Assembly: GCF_009914755.1 (NCBI RefSeq)
Contig: NC_060925.1
Reading direction: 5' to 3' (one strand)
Source of the DNA: the human T2T-CHM13v2.0 reference genome, Homo sapiens
Length of the DNA: 64,000 nucleotides
The notes below the pieces were generated by a model. The model ran no database searches. It saw nothing but the letters and a program-made list of their open reading frames with translations, and was not told the origin of the DNA. Below are positions 19,481-32,984 of this stretch, in pieces (the stretch's first letter is position 1; each line of letters opens with the position of its first letter). A program made the position numbers and the translations under genes.

Positions 19481-19826
<346 letters not shown>

Positions 19827-19896
19827 TGTCTTTCCTATCTTTTTATATCTGACCAATATTGATGTTCATCATAAATGTGTTTTCTCTTTAGCTATA

Positions 19897-20267
19897 TGTC
19901 TTAGTCCATCCTTTCTGCTATAACAAAATACTTTAGTCTGGGTAATATATAAATAATAGAAATTTATTTCTCATAGTTCTGGAGGCTGGGAAGTCCAGGA
20001 TCAAGGCACCAACAGACGTAGTGCCTGATAAAGGCTTGCCTTCTGCTTCCAAGATGGCATCTTGTTGTTGTGTCCTCTGGAGGGGTCCAACACTATGTCC
20101 TTACATGGCAGAAAGGATGAAAGGGACTAGGGAGATTTCTTCAGCCTCTTTTATAACGTCACTAATCCCATTCACCTAAACACCTCTTAAAGCCCCACCT
20201 CTAAATACTATGGCATGGGTGATTAAGCTTTATCATGAATTTGGGGGGACACATTCAAACCACAACA
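19897..20267 (-). mobile_element. MST/MLT1-type MaLR solo LTR
   Basis: tgtcttagtccat...tgctataacaaaatac...ctggaggctgggaagtccaggatcaagg...acacattcaaaccacaaca. Confidence 0.8.
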
Positions 20268-20421
20268 TTACATATATGCTTGGCAGTTTGGAGAGAAATG
20301 AGATGGTTACCTGCCTATCATTCTTTGAAAGCTTTTTCCCTGGAGTAAGTCACCAGAGTAGTTAAGACTCTTATGGTTCATTGTTTTACTCATCTTTGCA
20401 ACAGTGAGACTGAGCAGTCAG

Positions 20422-20566
20422 GGCCGAGCACCATGGCTCCCACCTGTAATCCCAGCACTTTGGGAGGCTGAGGCAGGGGGATCCCTTGAGCCCAGGAGTT
20501 TTGAGACCAGACTGGGCAACAAAGCAAGACCCTGTCTCTATATAAAAATGAAAAAAAATTGAAAAA
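20422..20566 (+). mobile_element. FLAM / Alu left monomer
   Basis: Single monomer followed by an A-rich tail. Confidence 0.85.
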
Positions 20567-22269
20567 AAGACTGAGAATTCAGTTAAGTTAATAATAGTAT
20601 TCATCTTGGATTATCCTCAGATATCTTTTGTTTGCTTTGTTTATTGTAACTTCAGTCTTAATAATAATTTTGATCTGTTGCTTTGCAAGAGTGAAAAAGA
20701 ACTAGGATTACTAATAGTTTAGTTAAAAGTGGATCTAACTAGATAGATTTACTTAACAAAATGACTTTAAATAATGGTATACTTTGTGGTATATAAAGTG
20801 ATTAATTAGCTAACAGAATTAGAAAATAAAAGGCCTTCAGTTAAAAATACCTAATTCTCTTGAAACTGTCATCTGTATACAAAGTAGTATTTTGTCATAT
20901 TTGTTAAATGGAGAAGAGTGCTGGAAAAAAAAATCCCCTTTTTATTGTCCTTTAAGAGAATTCATTTCCAGATTTATATCCAGATATATGTGGATATATT
21001 CATTTACATATGTACTAATTCCTGAAATTGATTGGTCTGAATAATTAGTCTACAGTCAAGAAGTCCTCTTTCAAATTGCCTTTCCTTGACTTTATAAAAG
21101 AAAGGCTTGTCTCTTACGCAATCTAAATTTTGCTGTGATACGTTGTTGCCATTTTGGATCCCAAACAAAGGAATTCTCTGAAATACTCAAATACTCATTG
21201 TAGGTATTAAGAAAGTGAGTAACAGGGTAACAAATCCTTTGCAAGTCCAGTTTTTTGTTTTCACTGAAACTGAAAGAAGACTTAATTGTAAGCTTATTTA
21301 TCATTAAAATTAATTTTCAATAATCACCATGTGGCTTTTGGAAAATACATAGGCATTCAAAGATTGACATTGCTGCAACAAACTTTCATTCTGATCTACT
21401 TATTTATGTTAACAATATTTCTTAACATTTATGTCTATAAGATGAAACCAAATACATAAAGTAGTTATTGAATTAATTCAAGTAGTTATTGAATTATTAT
21501 GGCATTTAATTTCCATTATAATTTTGGAAATTGTATAATTGTATAATTATACAATTGGATTGTATAATGGAATAATTGTATAATGGAAATTATACAATTT
21601 CCATTATACAATTAAAACAAAGTCCTTGTATTTTAAAATGTAAATGATTGCAGGGTACCAGAAATTACATTGTTTATAATTATTTAAATGTGTTCAAAAT
21701 CAGTTATCATGACTTAACAATTGCAAGATAGTTATTCAAAATTATTTTAGAAGTTACAAGGGCAAAAATCATTTGAAAACCACTGTTACATTCCTCCCAC
21801 TTTACTAATGAATTATGCCCTTGTTTGAATTATTTATTGATATTTCATTTATTGTTGTTCTTTACCTAGCAGACATTAGGTAAATACTCATTGGGATAAT
21901 AAATAGCTTGGATTGTATTGTATCTAGTGCCAGTGAGATTGATTTTTTTCTCAATTACATGTCACTGTTATAAGTGAAAAGACTTTTTTGTGTGTGTTCT
22001 ACCAAGAATATTTTAAACACATTTAGTTAAACCTCACCTGATAAAACCTTAAGATAGACTCAGATCAGAAAATCTTGTGTAGGGACTACTTAAGCCTAGT
22101 TATATTCAGAATCATTTTGCAGAAATTAGCAGTTTTAGTTAGAAATTTGCAATTAGGAAAAGACTTAGAGATTACCTATTCAAATGCCCTTATTTTTCAA
22201 AGTGAAAACAGGCCTAGAGTGTTACTTGCTCAAGCTAATATAGGTAGTTGGCAACAGAACCATATCTAG

Positions 22270-22680
22270 TCTGCACTAAAACCTACTGATTTTACCTCCA
22301 GAATATCTTTTGAATTTTTTCACTTCTCTGTCTCCAGTGCCCTCACCCTAGTTGAGGCTATTGTGATCTCTCCCGTGGTATCTACTGTACTACGTCTCAC
22401 TGGTCTCCCGACAACCTTATTTAGAAAGCATATTTGATCATACTATTCTCTCTGCTTAAAATCCTTCAAAAATGTCTCATTGGTCTCAGGAAGAAGGCTA
22501 GTCCTTTATTCTACCCTTTGTATATTTGTGAGATTATTTGATTAAAGTTTTTTTCCTCAGATAGACTGTAGACTGTAATGTCAAAGGGCAGAATTTATGT
22601 TTATTTTGCTTATCGCTGTATCCCTACCCCTGCCACATTGCCTGGTACATAGGAGGGACTTGGTACTTGTTGAATGAATG
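22270..22680. mobile_element. L2 fragments
   Basis: tgcctggtacatagg...ttgttgaatgaatga L2 terminus. Confidence 0.6.
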
Positions 22681-23096
22681 ACTCCTGATTTAGCTCTATT
22701 TCTACTACACCAGTGATTTTAGAGTAACATTTTTTATCTTTGAAATCTTTGCCATATGCTTTATATAATTCATCTACCCATCTGTTGATGTAATAGCATC
22801 TGGAAAAAAAGAATTTCAAGTTAGTTATTCTCAGTTTATAAATCACACTCTTAAAAAAACACACACCTTTTTTTGGTACAAGCATGAAACAGTAGTGCTA
22901 AATATTCTTTCTATATTTGATGGAGCATGGTCATATATTTAATTTTTATTTATCTGCTCTCATAAGCAGGAGAAACTAAGAAATCATAGAAACTATTGTG
23001 TAGGGAATATAATTAAAATGCAAAGAGGTAGTGGTGATAGTAAAGTTAGTGCCTCTCAAACTGGTGTTCCACAGAATACTGTTTCAGGAGATCTTG

Positions 23097-23403
23097 TTTT
23101 TTTATTTTAATTTTATTTTTTGAGACAGGGTCTTAGTCTGTCACTCAGGCTAGAGTATAACGTGATTACAGCTCACTGCAGCCTTCATCTCCCAGGCTAA
23201 AGCCATCCTCCCACCTCAGCCTCCCAAGTAGCTGGGACCACAGGTGCACGCTACCACACCCAGCTAATTTTTAAAAAAATTTTTTTAGAGACTGGGTCTC
23301 CCTAAGTTGTCCAGACTGGTCTCCAACTCCTGGGCTCAAGCAGTTCTCCCACCTCGGCCTCCCAAAGCACTGGGATTACAGGCATGAGCCACCACACCTG
23401 ACC
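23097..23403 (-). mobile_element. AluJ-like
   Basis: Reverse Alu dimer. Confidence 0.9.
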
Positions 23404-23581
23404 TATTCCTGCAGATTTTAATAGGTATTCTACAACCCTTTCCTCATCTTTCTGCTGTCATATCCCCTTTACACCAAGGACTATATTCTTATAAATAACT
23501 TTGGGAAACACAATGTATTAGTTCCACTTCTCATAGAATAACAGTGTATATTAGCATAGTAAAGCTCCTTTTGCCTTAAAG

Positions 23582-23812
23582 CAGAGTTTCTCAACCTTGA
23601 TACTGTTGACATTTTGGACCGGATAATTCTGTGTTTGGAGCAGGTAGTGGGAAGGATTGCTGTCCTGGAAATTGTAGAATATTTAGCAGCATCCTTGACC
23701 CCTACCCATTAGACTCTAGTAACACTAACATACTCGTGGTTGCCCAGCTGTGACAACCACAAGTATCTCCAGATATTGCCAAATGTCCCTTTGTCCCCTG
23801 AAAGACAACCCA
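23582..23812 (+). mobile_element. MER20 (hAT-Charlie)
   Basis: cagagtttctcaacctt...gacattttggaccggataattct...tctccagatattgccaaatgtcc. Confidence 0.8.
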
Positions 23813-23989
23813 CCTAAGAGTGAGAACTACTACCTTAAAAAAAATCAGTTTGATCGTGCTTTATACTCATAATTCCCAGATTTATTTGAGGATAGAATAT
23901 TTCTCCTCCTCCTTCATTTGCACACCTAATTTCCTGGGAATTGCTATTTTAAAATTATCATTTAATAAAACAGAAACTAATTCTCCTAT

Positions 23990-24535
23990 TTAGGCTTCCC
24001 CCTAAAACTCATCAATATTTTCCATGGCACTTAGAATAGAGTTCAAACTTCATAACATGGGCTTTGTGCGTGAAAGGGCCTTTACCTGCCTCCCTGACCT
24101 CACCTCCTATCACCACCTGGTGGCAGTAACATTGTGAGCTGCTTTCAGTTCTTTAGGCATCTCAGTTTCTTTTCTAACATGCTGTTCCCTCTGTTGGGAA
24201 TTATTTTATCCTTGTTCTTTCTTATCCTTTAGGTTCAGTCTTAGATTAAATGTCATCTCTTAAAAAGAGATCTTTTCTGATCATTTCTTACTCTGCCAGA
24301 AAGGATAGCCATCCATCCCAGTTCTTACACTCTATCTCATCACCCTATTTGTTGTCTTCATTCACTTTTTATAGTCTATAATTCTTTGTTTACTTGTGTA
24401 GATTTCTTTCTGTCTCAGTCACTAGAATGTAAACTGTGTGAGGGCAGGACCTACATTTATCTCATTCATCATATCCCTAGCATTTAATAGAGAGCCTGGC
24501 ATCTAATAGGTACAATTATTATTTGTTGAATAAAT
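23990..24535. mobile_element. L2 3' region
   Basis: actagaatgtaaactgtgtgagggcagg...gcctggcatctaatagg...ttgttgaataaat. Confidence 0.65.
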
Positions 24536-24592
24536 ACATATTATTAATATAATTCACATATAAAATTCACTCTTTTAAAGTGTATAATTCAA

Positions 24593-24860
24593 GGCTGGGC
24601 ATGGTGGTTCATACCTGTAATCCCAGCATTTTGGGAGGCTGAGGCAGGTAGATCACCTGAGGTCAGGAGTTAGAGACCAGCCTGGCCAACATGGTGAAAC
24701 ATCATCTCTAGTAGAAATACAAAAATTGGGTGTGGTGGTGGGCACCTATAATCCCAGCTACTCAGGAGGCTGAGGCAGGAGAATCACTTGAACCCGGGAG
24801 GCAGAAAGGAAAGAAAAGAGGGGGAGGGGGAGAGGGAGAGGGAGAGGGAAAAAAAGGAAG
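24593..24860 (+). mobile_element. 3'-truncated AluS with purine-rich tail
   Basis: Alu stops at gggaggcaga and is followed by a GA/G-run tract. Direct repeat tataattca on both sides. Confidence 0.85.
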
Positions 24861-25688
24861 ATATAATTCATAGGTTTCTAATATATTCACAAGTTTGTGC
24901 AGCCATCACCACTATCTAATTCAAGAACATTTTCATCCCTCCCCGCTCCTCCTACCCCCAGCCCCTGCCTGCCAACCACCACTCTACTTTCTGTCTCTAT
25001 GGATTTGCATATTCTGGACATTTCATATAAATGGATTCGTACAACATGTGATCTTAACTATCTGGCTTCTCTCTTAGCATAATATTTTCAGAGTTCATCC
25101 ATGTTGTAGCATGGAACAGTACATTATTCTTTTCTGTGGCTGAATTATATTCAATTGTATGGATATGCTACATTTTGTTTATCCATTTATCCATTGGGTT
25201 GTTTCTACTTTTTGATATTATAAATAATGCTGCTCTGAACATTCATATATGAGTTTTTCTGTGAACATATGTTTTTACTTCTCTTGGGTATGTACCTAGA
25301 AGTAGAATTGTTGAATCATATGGTAATCTATTTTTAACTTTTTGAGGAACTACCGAACTGTTTTCCCAAGTGGCTACATCATTTAACATTCCTACCAGTG
25401 ATATATGAGGGTTCTAATTTCTGCATATTCTTACCAACACTTGTTATTGCCTTTTTAAATTATAGCTATTCTAGTGGGTATGAAATGGTATCTCATTGTC
25501 TTTTGATTTGCATTTCACTAATGACTGATGTGTTGAAATATTTTCATGTACTTATTGGTCATTTGTGTGTCTTCTTTGGAGAAATGTCTATTCAGATTCT
25601 TTGTCCATTTTTAAAAATTTGGTTATATGTCTTATTGTTGAGTTAGAGGAGTCTTTTTGACATATTTTCTAAAAGAGATGCAAGAGTT

Positions 25689-26043
<355 letters not shown>

Positions 26044-26789
26044 TTAATTTTGATAAAGTTCAATCTATCAATTTTTTTATTTGTTGCTTATGTGTTTGGT
26101 GTCATATCTAAGAAACCATTGCCCCATCTGAGGTCAGGAAGATTTATACTTGTGTTTTCTTCTAAGAGCTCATGTAGTTTTAGCTCTTACATTTAGGTCT
26201 TTGATCACTTTTGACTTAATTTTTGTATCCGTGTGGGAGTCTAACTTCATTCTTTTGCATGTGACTATCCAATTGTTGGAGTGTTGTTTTTTTTTTACTT
26301 TAATAAAGTATCATATTTTTCACAAAATATGAACATTGTTTCAACATTTACAATTTTAAAAATAGTGTGTGGAGCACATACTGTGTACCAGACATTATGT
26401 TGGGTATGTCGTCTATACAGATTTAAAAAAAGACATAATCCCCATCCTCCATGTCTCACAGATCTGGAAATTAAGAAAATTGAGAATAGTAATGAAAATT
26501 TGAATGGAACATTAAAGATATTTGATGGTGTTGATAGTGGTTTTAAATAAATGGTTTTTGAGAAGATTGGCCTTTTATGTATTTAACCCAAAGATTGCAT
26601 GAAAAAGCTTGATGACATTATTAGTATAAAAATAAAAATATTCCTGAATGTTGCTGTAAAAAGCACTTGATGGTGGCTGCTATGCAATAGGAGTATTTTA
26701 CCTTGATTGGTACTCTTTTTTTTTTTTTAAACACCCCTGGTTTTATTTTCCCTTCACTCCAATTTTCTCACTTGTTTGCTTTTTTTTAA

Positions 26790-26923
26790 AATTTTATTAT
26801 TATTATACTTTAACTTTTAGGGTACATGTGTACAACGTGCAGACTTGTTACATATGTATACATGTGCCATGTTGGTGTGCTGCACCCATTAACTCGTCAT
26901 TTAGCATTAGGTATATCTCCTAA
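26790..26923 (-). mobile_element. Short L1PA 3'-end fragment
   Basis: Reverse of taggagatatacctaatgctaaatgacgagttaatgggtgcagcacacc...aaagtataataataat. Confidence 0.9.
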
Positions 26924-26935
26924 GAATCATTTTCT

Positions 26936-27019
26936 TTTTGAGACAGTCTCTGATGCCCAGGCTGGAGTGCGGTGGCACGAACTCGGCTCACTGCAAACTC
27001 TGCCTCCTAGGTTCAAGCG
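26936..27019 (-). mobile_element. Severely 5'-truncated Alu
   Basis: Only the right-arm 3' ~85 nt. TSD aagaatcattttct. Confidence 0.85.
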
Positions 27020-27423
27020 AAGAATCATTTTCTATTAACAGTAATTTGCGGGGTGGATGAGAAAGCAATTGTCTGTCATCCACAAATGCAAGGTGGAGAT
27101 AAGACAATTATAGAGATGACAAAGAAATCAGTCTCTCTTTCTCTCTCTCTCAGTGTAACTGTGTGTCTCTATTTTAGTATAACTCACTGATTTAATATTT
27201 ATTTAACTCAGAGCAAAGGAATCTCTAAGACAGTGTTCTCAAAGTCATTCTTTACCTGTTTTTTATTTTTTTTCTCTCGTTTGACTTCCTTTTTTCTGTT
27301 ACTGCTAATCTTACAATTGTTGATATATCTTTCTAAGATTTGTACTTATTTATGCTTGCTCTCTCTGAACTAGGCTTAGTCTTTTGTGACTAATTATTGA
27401 ATTCAGGACATATTTAGCCCATT

Positions 27424-27878
27424 GTATTAGTCTACTCAGACTGCCATAGCAGAATACTACAGACTGGGTGCTTTAAACAACAGAAATTTGTTTTCTCGTA
27501 TTTCTGGAGGCTTGAAAGTCCATGATCAAGATTCAGGCAGAATTCGTTTCTAGTAAGGCCTCTTTTCTTCTTTGCAAGCATTTCCCCAAACATGGCCTAT
27601 CCTCTGTGTGTGATTGGAGTGAGGGAGGCAGAGAGAGAAAGAGACAGAGAGAGAGAAAGAGAGAGAACATACGTGTGTGTTGGGCGGGGGCAGTGGGGGA
27701 ATCTCTGGTGTCTCTTTTTTTATAGGAACATTAGTTTTGTGGGATTAAGGCTCCATTAGCCTTAAGTCCTCATTTAACCTTAGTTGCCTCTTTAAAGGCC
27801 CTGTCTCCAAATACAAGTCACATTGTGGGGTTAGGGCTCCCACATATGATTTTGGGTACACAGTTCACTTCATAATAC
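27424..27878 (-). mobile_element. MLT1-type MaLR LTR
   Basis: tgtattagtct...agactgggtgctttaaacaacagaaattt...ggccctgtctccaaataca. Confidence 0.75.
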
Positions 27879-28244
27879 CCATGTAGCACGTAGTAGTCAC
27901 TTTTATACAGTTAATATGTTTATATTCCTTATTTGATAATAAAATACAGTGATTTTTCTATAAAACTTATATTGATATTGGGGTGGAGAAAACTCATGTC
28001 ACCTAGGCTCTTTGTACCTCAGTTTTCTCATCTATAAAATAACAATATTGGGCTCGTTGATTTTTGAATGCTGAAATTCTCTGATTCTCCAATTCAGAGT
28101 TACTGATTTCTAACATTATTCAGCAGGTACATTATAGGAAACATCTTATAATAGAAATTGATGTTCTGTAAATGAGCATTCTATAAGCTTCTCATAACTG
28201 AAGTGAAAGGCTTAATCATTCTATATACTGGTATAGATAATCTA

Positions 28245-28393
<149 letters not shown>

Positions 28394-28879
28394 CTCTATT
28401 CAACTAGCTATGCTGGGCTGTTTAGTTTTTATTATGTATAATTTAAAGGTCTGGATATGGTATGTTTCTTTTTTTCTTCCAGTTAATAATATCCTTTATT
28501 TATACAGTATAATTTATCCTTTATGAATACCTTTTCATTTTGATGGGTTCAAACAATTTAATAAGTGAAGATAGCAAAATGTGAGAATCCTTCTCATACC
28601 TACTCCCCTTTCAAAGGAGGTAACCACAACAGATTGTTATGCATCCTTGCAATCTTTCTATGAATGTACATATGAATATTAACTTATGTACATATTTTCC
28701 ATTAATGGGATCATGCTATATATATTCTGTTATTTATTTTTTCCTCAACAATGTTTCTTGATTTTTTATACACACCAGGATGTATGTATATTATTTTTTA
28801 AATGCTTAATGTTACATAATATCATAATGTACTTAACCACTCCCCTTTTGGACATCAGTTTGTTTCTTTTTCACTATTA

Positions 28880-29284
<405 letters not shown>

Positions 29285-30118
29285 CTATTGCCAAATTGTC
29301 TTCCTAAAATTTACATTTCCATCAACAAGGAATGAGTGTGTTCATTTATCATTACCATTGCCACATGATACCACTGTTTTAAAACTCTTTCTAACCTGAT
29401 GGTTGAAAAGCTATATTTCCTTTTTTAAAAAAGTTGCATTTATATGACATCTGGCATCCTTTCATTGGTTCATTGGCCATTTATATTTCTTTTTCTATGA
29501 AATGCTGTAATTTACCTACTTATGGAATCAAATATCTTTTTAATATTGACTTGTAATAATTTTTAAAAATATATTTTGCATGTTAATCATTTATTTTAAA
29601 TGTTGTAGATATATATTTATGCTGCTTCTCTTTTAACTTTGCTTGTGGTGTTTTATGGAATGGAAATTTTTTATTTTCTGAAAGTGTCAATCATTTCCTT
29701 TATGGCTTCTGTGTTTTGTGTAATATTAAGAAGGCCTTCCCCATGTGGAATTATTGAAATGTTCTATTTTTTATAGTATTTTATATCATCTCTTTAACTC
29801 CATTTTGAGTTTCTTCTAAATTGATGGCTGGTTCACCCAGCCCTATTGATGTATAATTCATTCTTTTCTCACTGAGATTTGAAGCCTCCTTTATTGTAAT
29901 CTAAATTTGTATACATTATGCAGATTTACTTCTAGACTCTGTATTCTGTTCTTTTTGCTGTGTTTTTCTCATTTATTTACTAAAAGTATACTTTTAATTA
30001 CAGTAGTTTACCAAGTCTTTTGAAATCTGAGAAAACAAAAACATTGTCCTTCATTTAGCTTATTTTGCACACAATTCTTGCTGTTTTATTTATATTTTTT
30101 CGCCTGTTAGTTTTTTTC

Positions 30119-30119
<1 letters not shown>

Positions 30120-30176
<57 letters not shown>
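30120..30176. repeat. (TG)n microsatellite
   Basis: Long GT run with one interruption. Confidence 0.95.
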
Positions 30177-30181
<5 letters not shown>

Positions 30182-30232
30182 TAACCTTACTCTACCTTCT
30201 TCTGATTAATGGCTATTTTATGTCTGAACTAG

Positions 30233-30615
<383 letters not shown>

Positions 30616-32407
30616 TAAATTCTTAGGAGACTGATTCATGGGTAGAATATTCATGCTTTAACACATGAAGTTTATGTATATTTTAGTTTCTCAGAGGCCT
30701 GGATTTTTTGTTTCTGAATTCTTGGTGATACTATAAATAGTTGATGTTGAATATACAACCTATGTGAACGTTAATATATATTAAAAATTATTTTAGAAGA
30801 GAAGCTATGTTTGAATCATTTTGCTGAACAATTGTATTTCTATTGCTTTATGTTAATAAAACTTGTCTGTTAAGAGGAAAACACAGTAAATACGACCAAG
30901 CCCATGTTTTGCTTTTGGGTTTTCTTTCCTAACAATAGAGAATAAAATAAAAATAATTAGATAATTAAGTAGAATAAGCTGTTACTCTTATTTTATATCA
31001 GCTATAGCTAGATGTTAGTTATTATAAGAGCTGCATCTGTTACCATAGAGCTTCCTTAACGCAAACTCAGCTTTAAAAAAAAAAAAAAGCAAGGGAAAAA
31101 GAAAAAGAGAAAGCTGTGACCTGCTTCATGCTTTGAAAAAAATAATTCCCGGTGACCTTGGGCAGCTATAGCCCTTATTGTACCTAGATTGCGGAGTTTA
31201 AAGTGGCCATCCTGTTTTACTCTAGAATCAATACAACATCCTGCATTATCTGATCAGGTCTAAAGCACATGAAATAGAGAAGCAGGTATGTGTAAATAAA
31301 AGTTTTGTGCAGTCTTATTCAAATAAAATAAATAGATTCAGCATGCTTTTTAGAACCTTAAGCTTTTGTTTTTCTTTAAAATATCTCTGGTACTACAAAT
31401 TATACCATGCAATAATATGAATTTATGTATGTGTGTATGTGTCTCACATACTACTTTTGGACCATTTTCCTTATTCCTAGACAGTTGGATTATTTTAAGA
31501 GTTTCTGGGTCTGCACTGAGTTTTGGGGGACCCGGGGCTCAGAAAGGAATCTATACTTTTTCTACACTTTTCAATCTTAGAGTACCTTAGAGATCCAGGA
31601 ATAGGATAGTTCTGTATTATTAATTTTATTAGCGTCTAGAGAGTCTAAATAGATCTCACTTGGCCGAGAAACATACCCTTTTAGGCTTGGGGTTCCTGAA
31701 GTTACATATATCTCTACATATGGGATTCAGTAGGTTGATAGGCTATGTGACAGAACTGAGAAAGTGGATCCAGCCTGCAGAAACATGTATTGATTGGCCC
31801 ACACAGTGTTTTTAAAATATCTGGATTTATAGCTTCTCCTGAAAAATGGAAAGATTTGACAAACTGGGCCCACATCACCACATGGCAGCAACTAGACAGA
31901 CATATGCTTTCCAGCTTGTCAGAATCCCAACCACTCCTTCTCCTGAAGGTGTCACTTTGTCATTTCTCACCACATTTGCACAATCATCTACTTGCCCAAC
32001 ACATTTATGTTACCTTCCCAGCTCCTGAAGGTTTGGAACTTGTAATTTACACTCTTCAGTGCAGACTTCTTTCTCTGTATGTGGTACAGTTAAAGTAAAA
32101 ATAAATAGCCATTTAACATAGAACAAAATCAACTCGTTTTTCCCAGAAACACATTATACATTCATGTCTTCATACCTTTGCTTTGCATTTTTTCCTTCCC
32201 TAAGATATTTATTCTCTTGCTGAATGAATTCTACTCAGCTCAGCTCCTAGTACCTTGAATTTTACTTGATCAATTCTGTCTACAGTTTTTTTTCTCTTCT
32301 AAAGTCTTAGAACACTTGTTTTCTCCAACATTGTAAATTTATTATAGTAGAGCTTTAGGAAAGTCTCATTCACTTAAAGAAGGTTTGTGTGTGGTCTTAC
32401 AAAGAGG

Positions 32408-32709
32408 TTTTTTTTGTTTTTTTTTTGTTTTTTTTGTTTTTGTTTTTTTGAAACGGGGTCTTGCTCTGTCACCCAGGCTGGAGTGCAGTGGTGCAATCTT
32501 GGCTCACTGCAACCTCCACCTACCTCAGCCTCCAGAGTAGGTGGGATTACAGGCACCCACCACCACACCCAGCTAATTTTTATATTTTTAGTAGAGACGT
32601 GATTTCACCATTTGGCCAGTCTGGTCTTGAACTCCTGACTTCAAGTGATCTGCCCGCCTCGGCCTCCCGAAGTACTGGGATTACAGGCATGAGCCATCGC
32701 ACTCGGCCT
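32408..32709 (-). mobile_element. AluS-like with short internal deletion, ~175 nt upstream of exon 3
   Basis: ctccacc|tacctcagcc lacks the tcccgggttcaagcgattctcc segment. Confidence 0.88.
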
Positions 32710-32882
32710 GAAAAGGTCTTTGAGTAGTCTTTTCTTAATATGGTTCACAGTTCACTTTTTCAGAGAAATACATATAAAGTTGTCATTTTAAAAACTCAAA
32801 AAGTAATCTTAGTTTTTGTTTCCTTAGTTTTCTCAATTGGCCTTTGGACATTAAATTTAAATATTGTTTTCCTGTCTTTCAG

Positions 32883-32984
32883 TTACAGATGAGGACACAG
32901 TAAAGAGGTATTTTGCCAAGTTTGAAGAGAAGTTTTTCCAAACCTGTGAAAAAGAACTTGCCAAAATCAACACATTTTATTCAG
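32883..32984 (+). CDS. XPR1: XPR1 coding exon (exon 3, 102 nt, phase 1-1), SPX domain
   Basis: Acceptor ...cctgtctttcag| and donor |gtgagt. Translates (V)[33 protein letters not shown](E), matching recalled human XPR1. Confidence 0.97.

Noticed and set aside
21459-21614. CRISPR-like or satellite array
   Set aside because: No constant repeat-spacer period, and the context is a mammalian intron.
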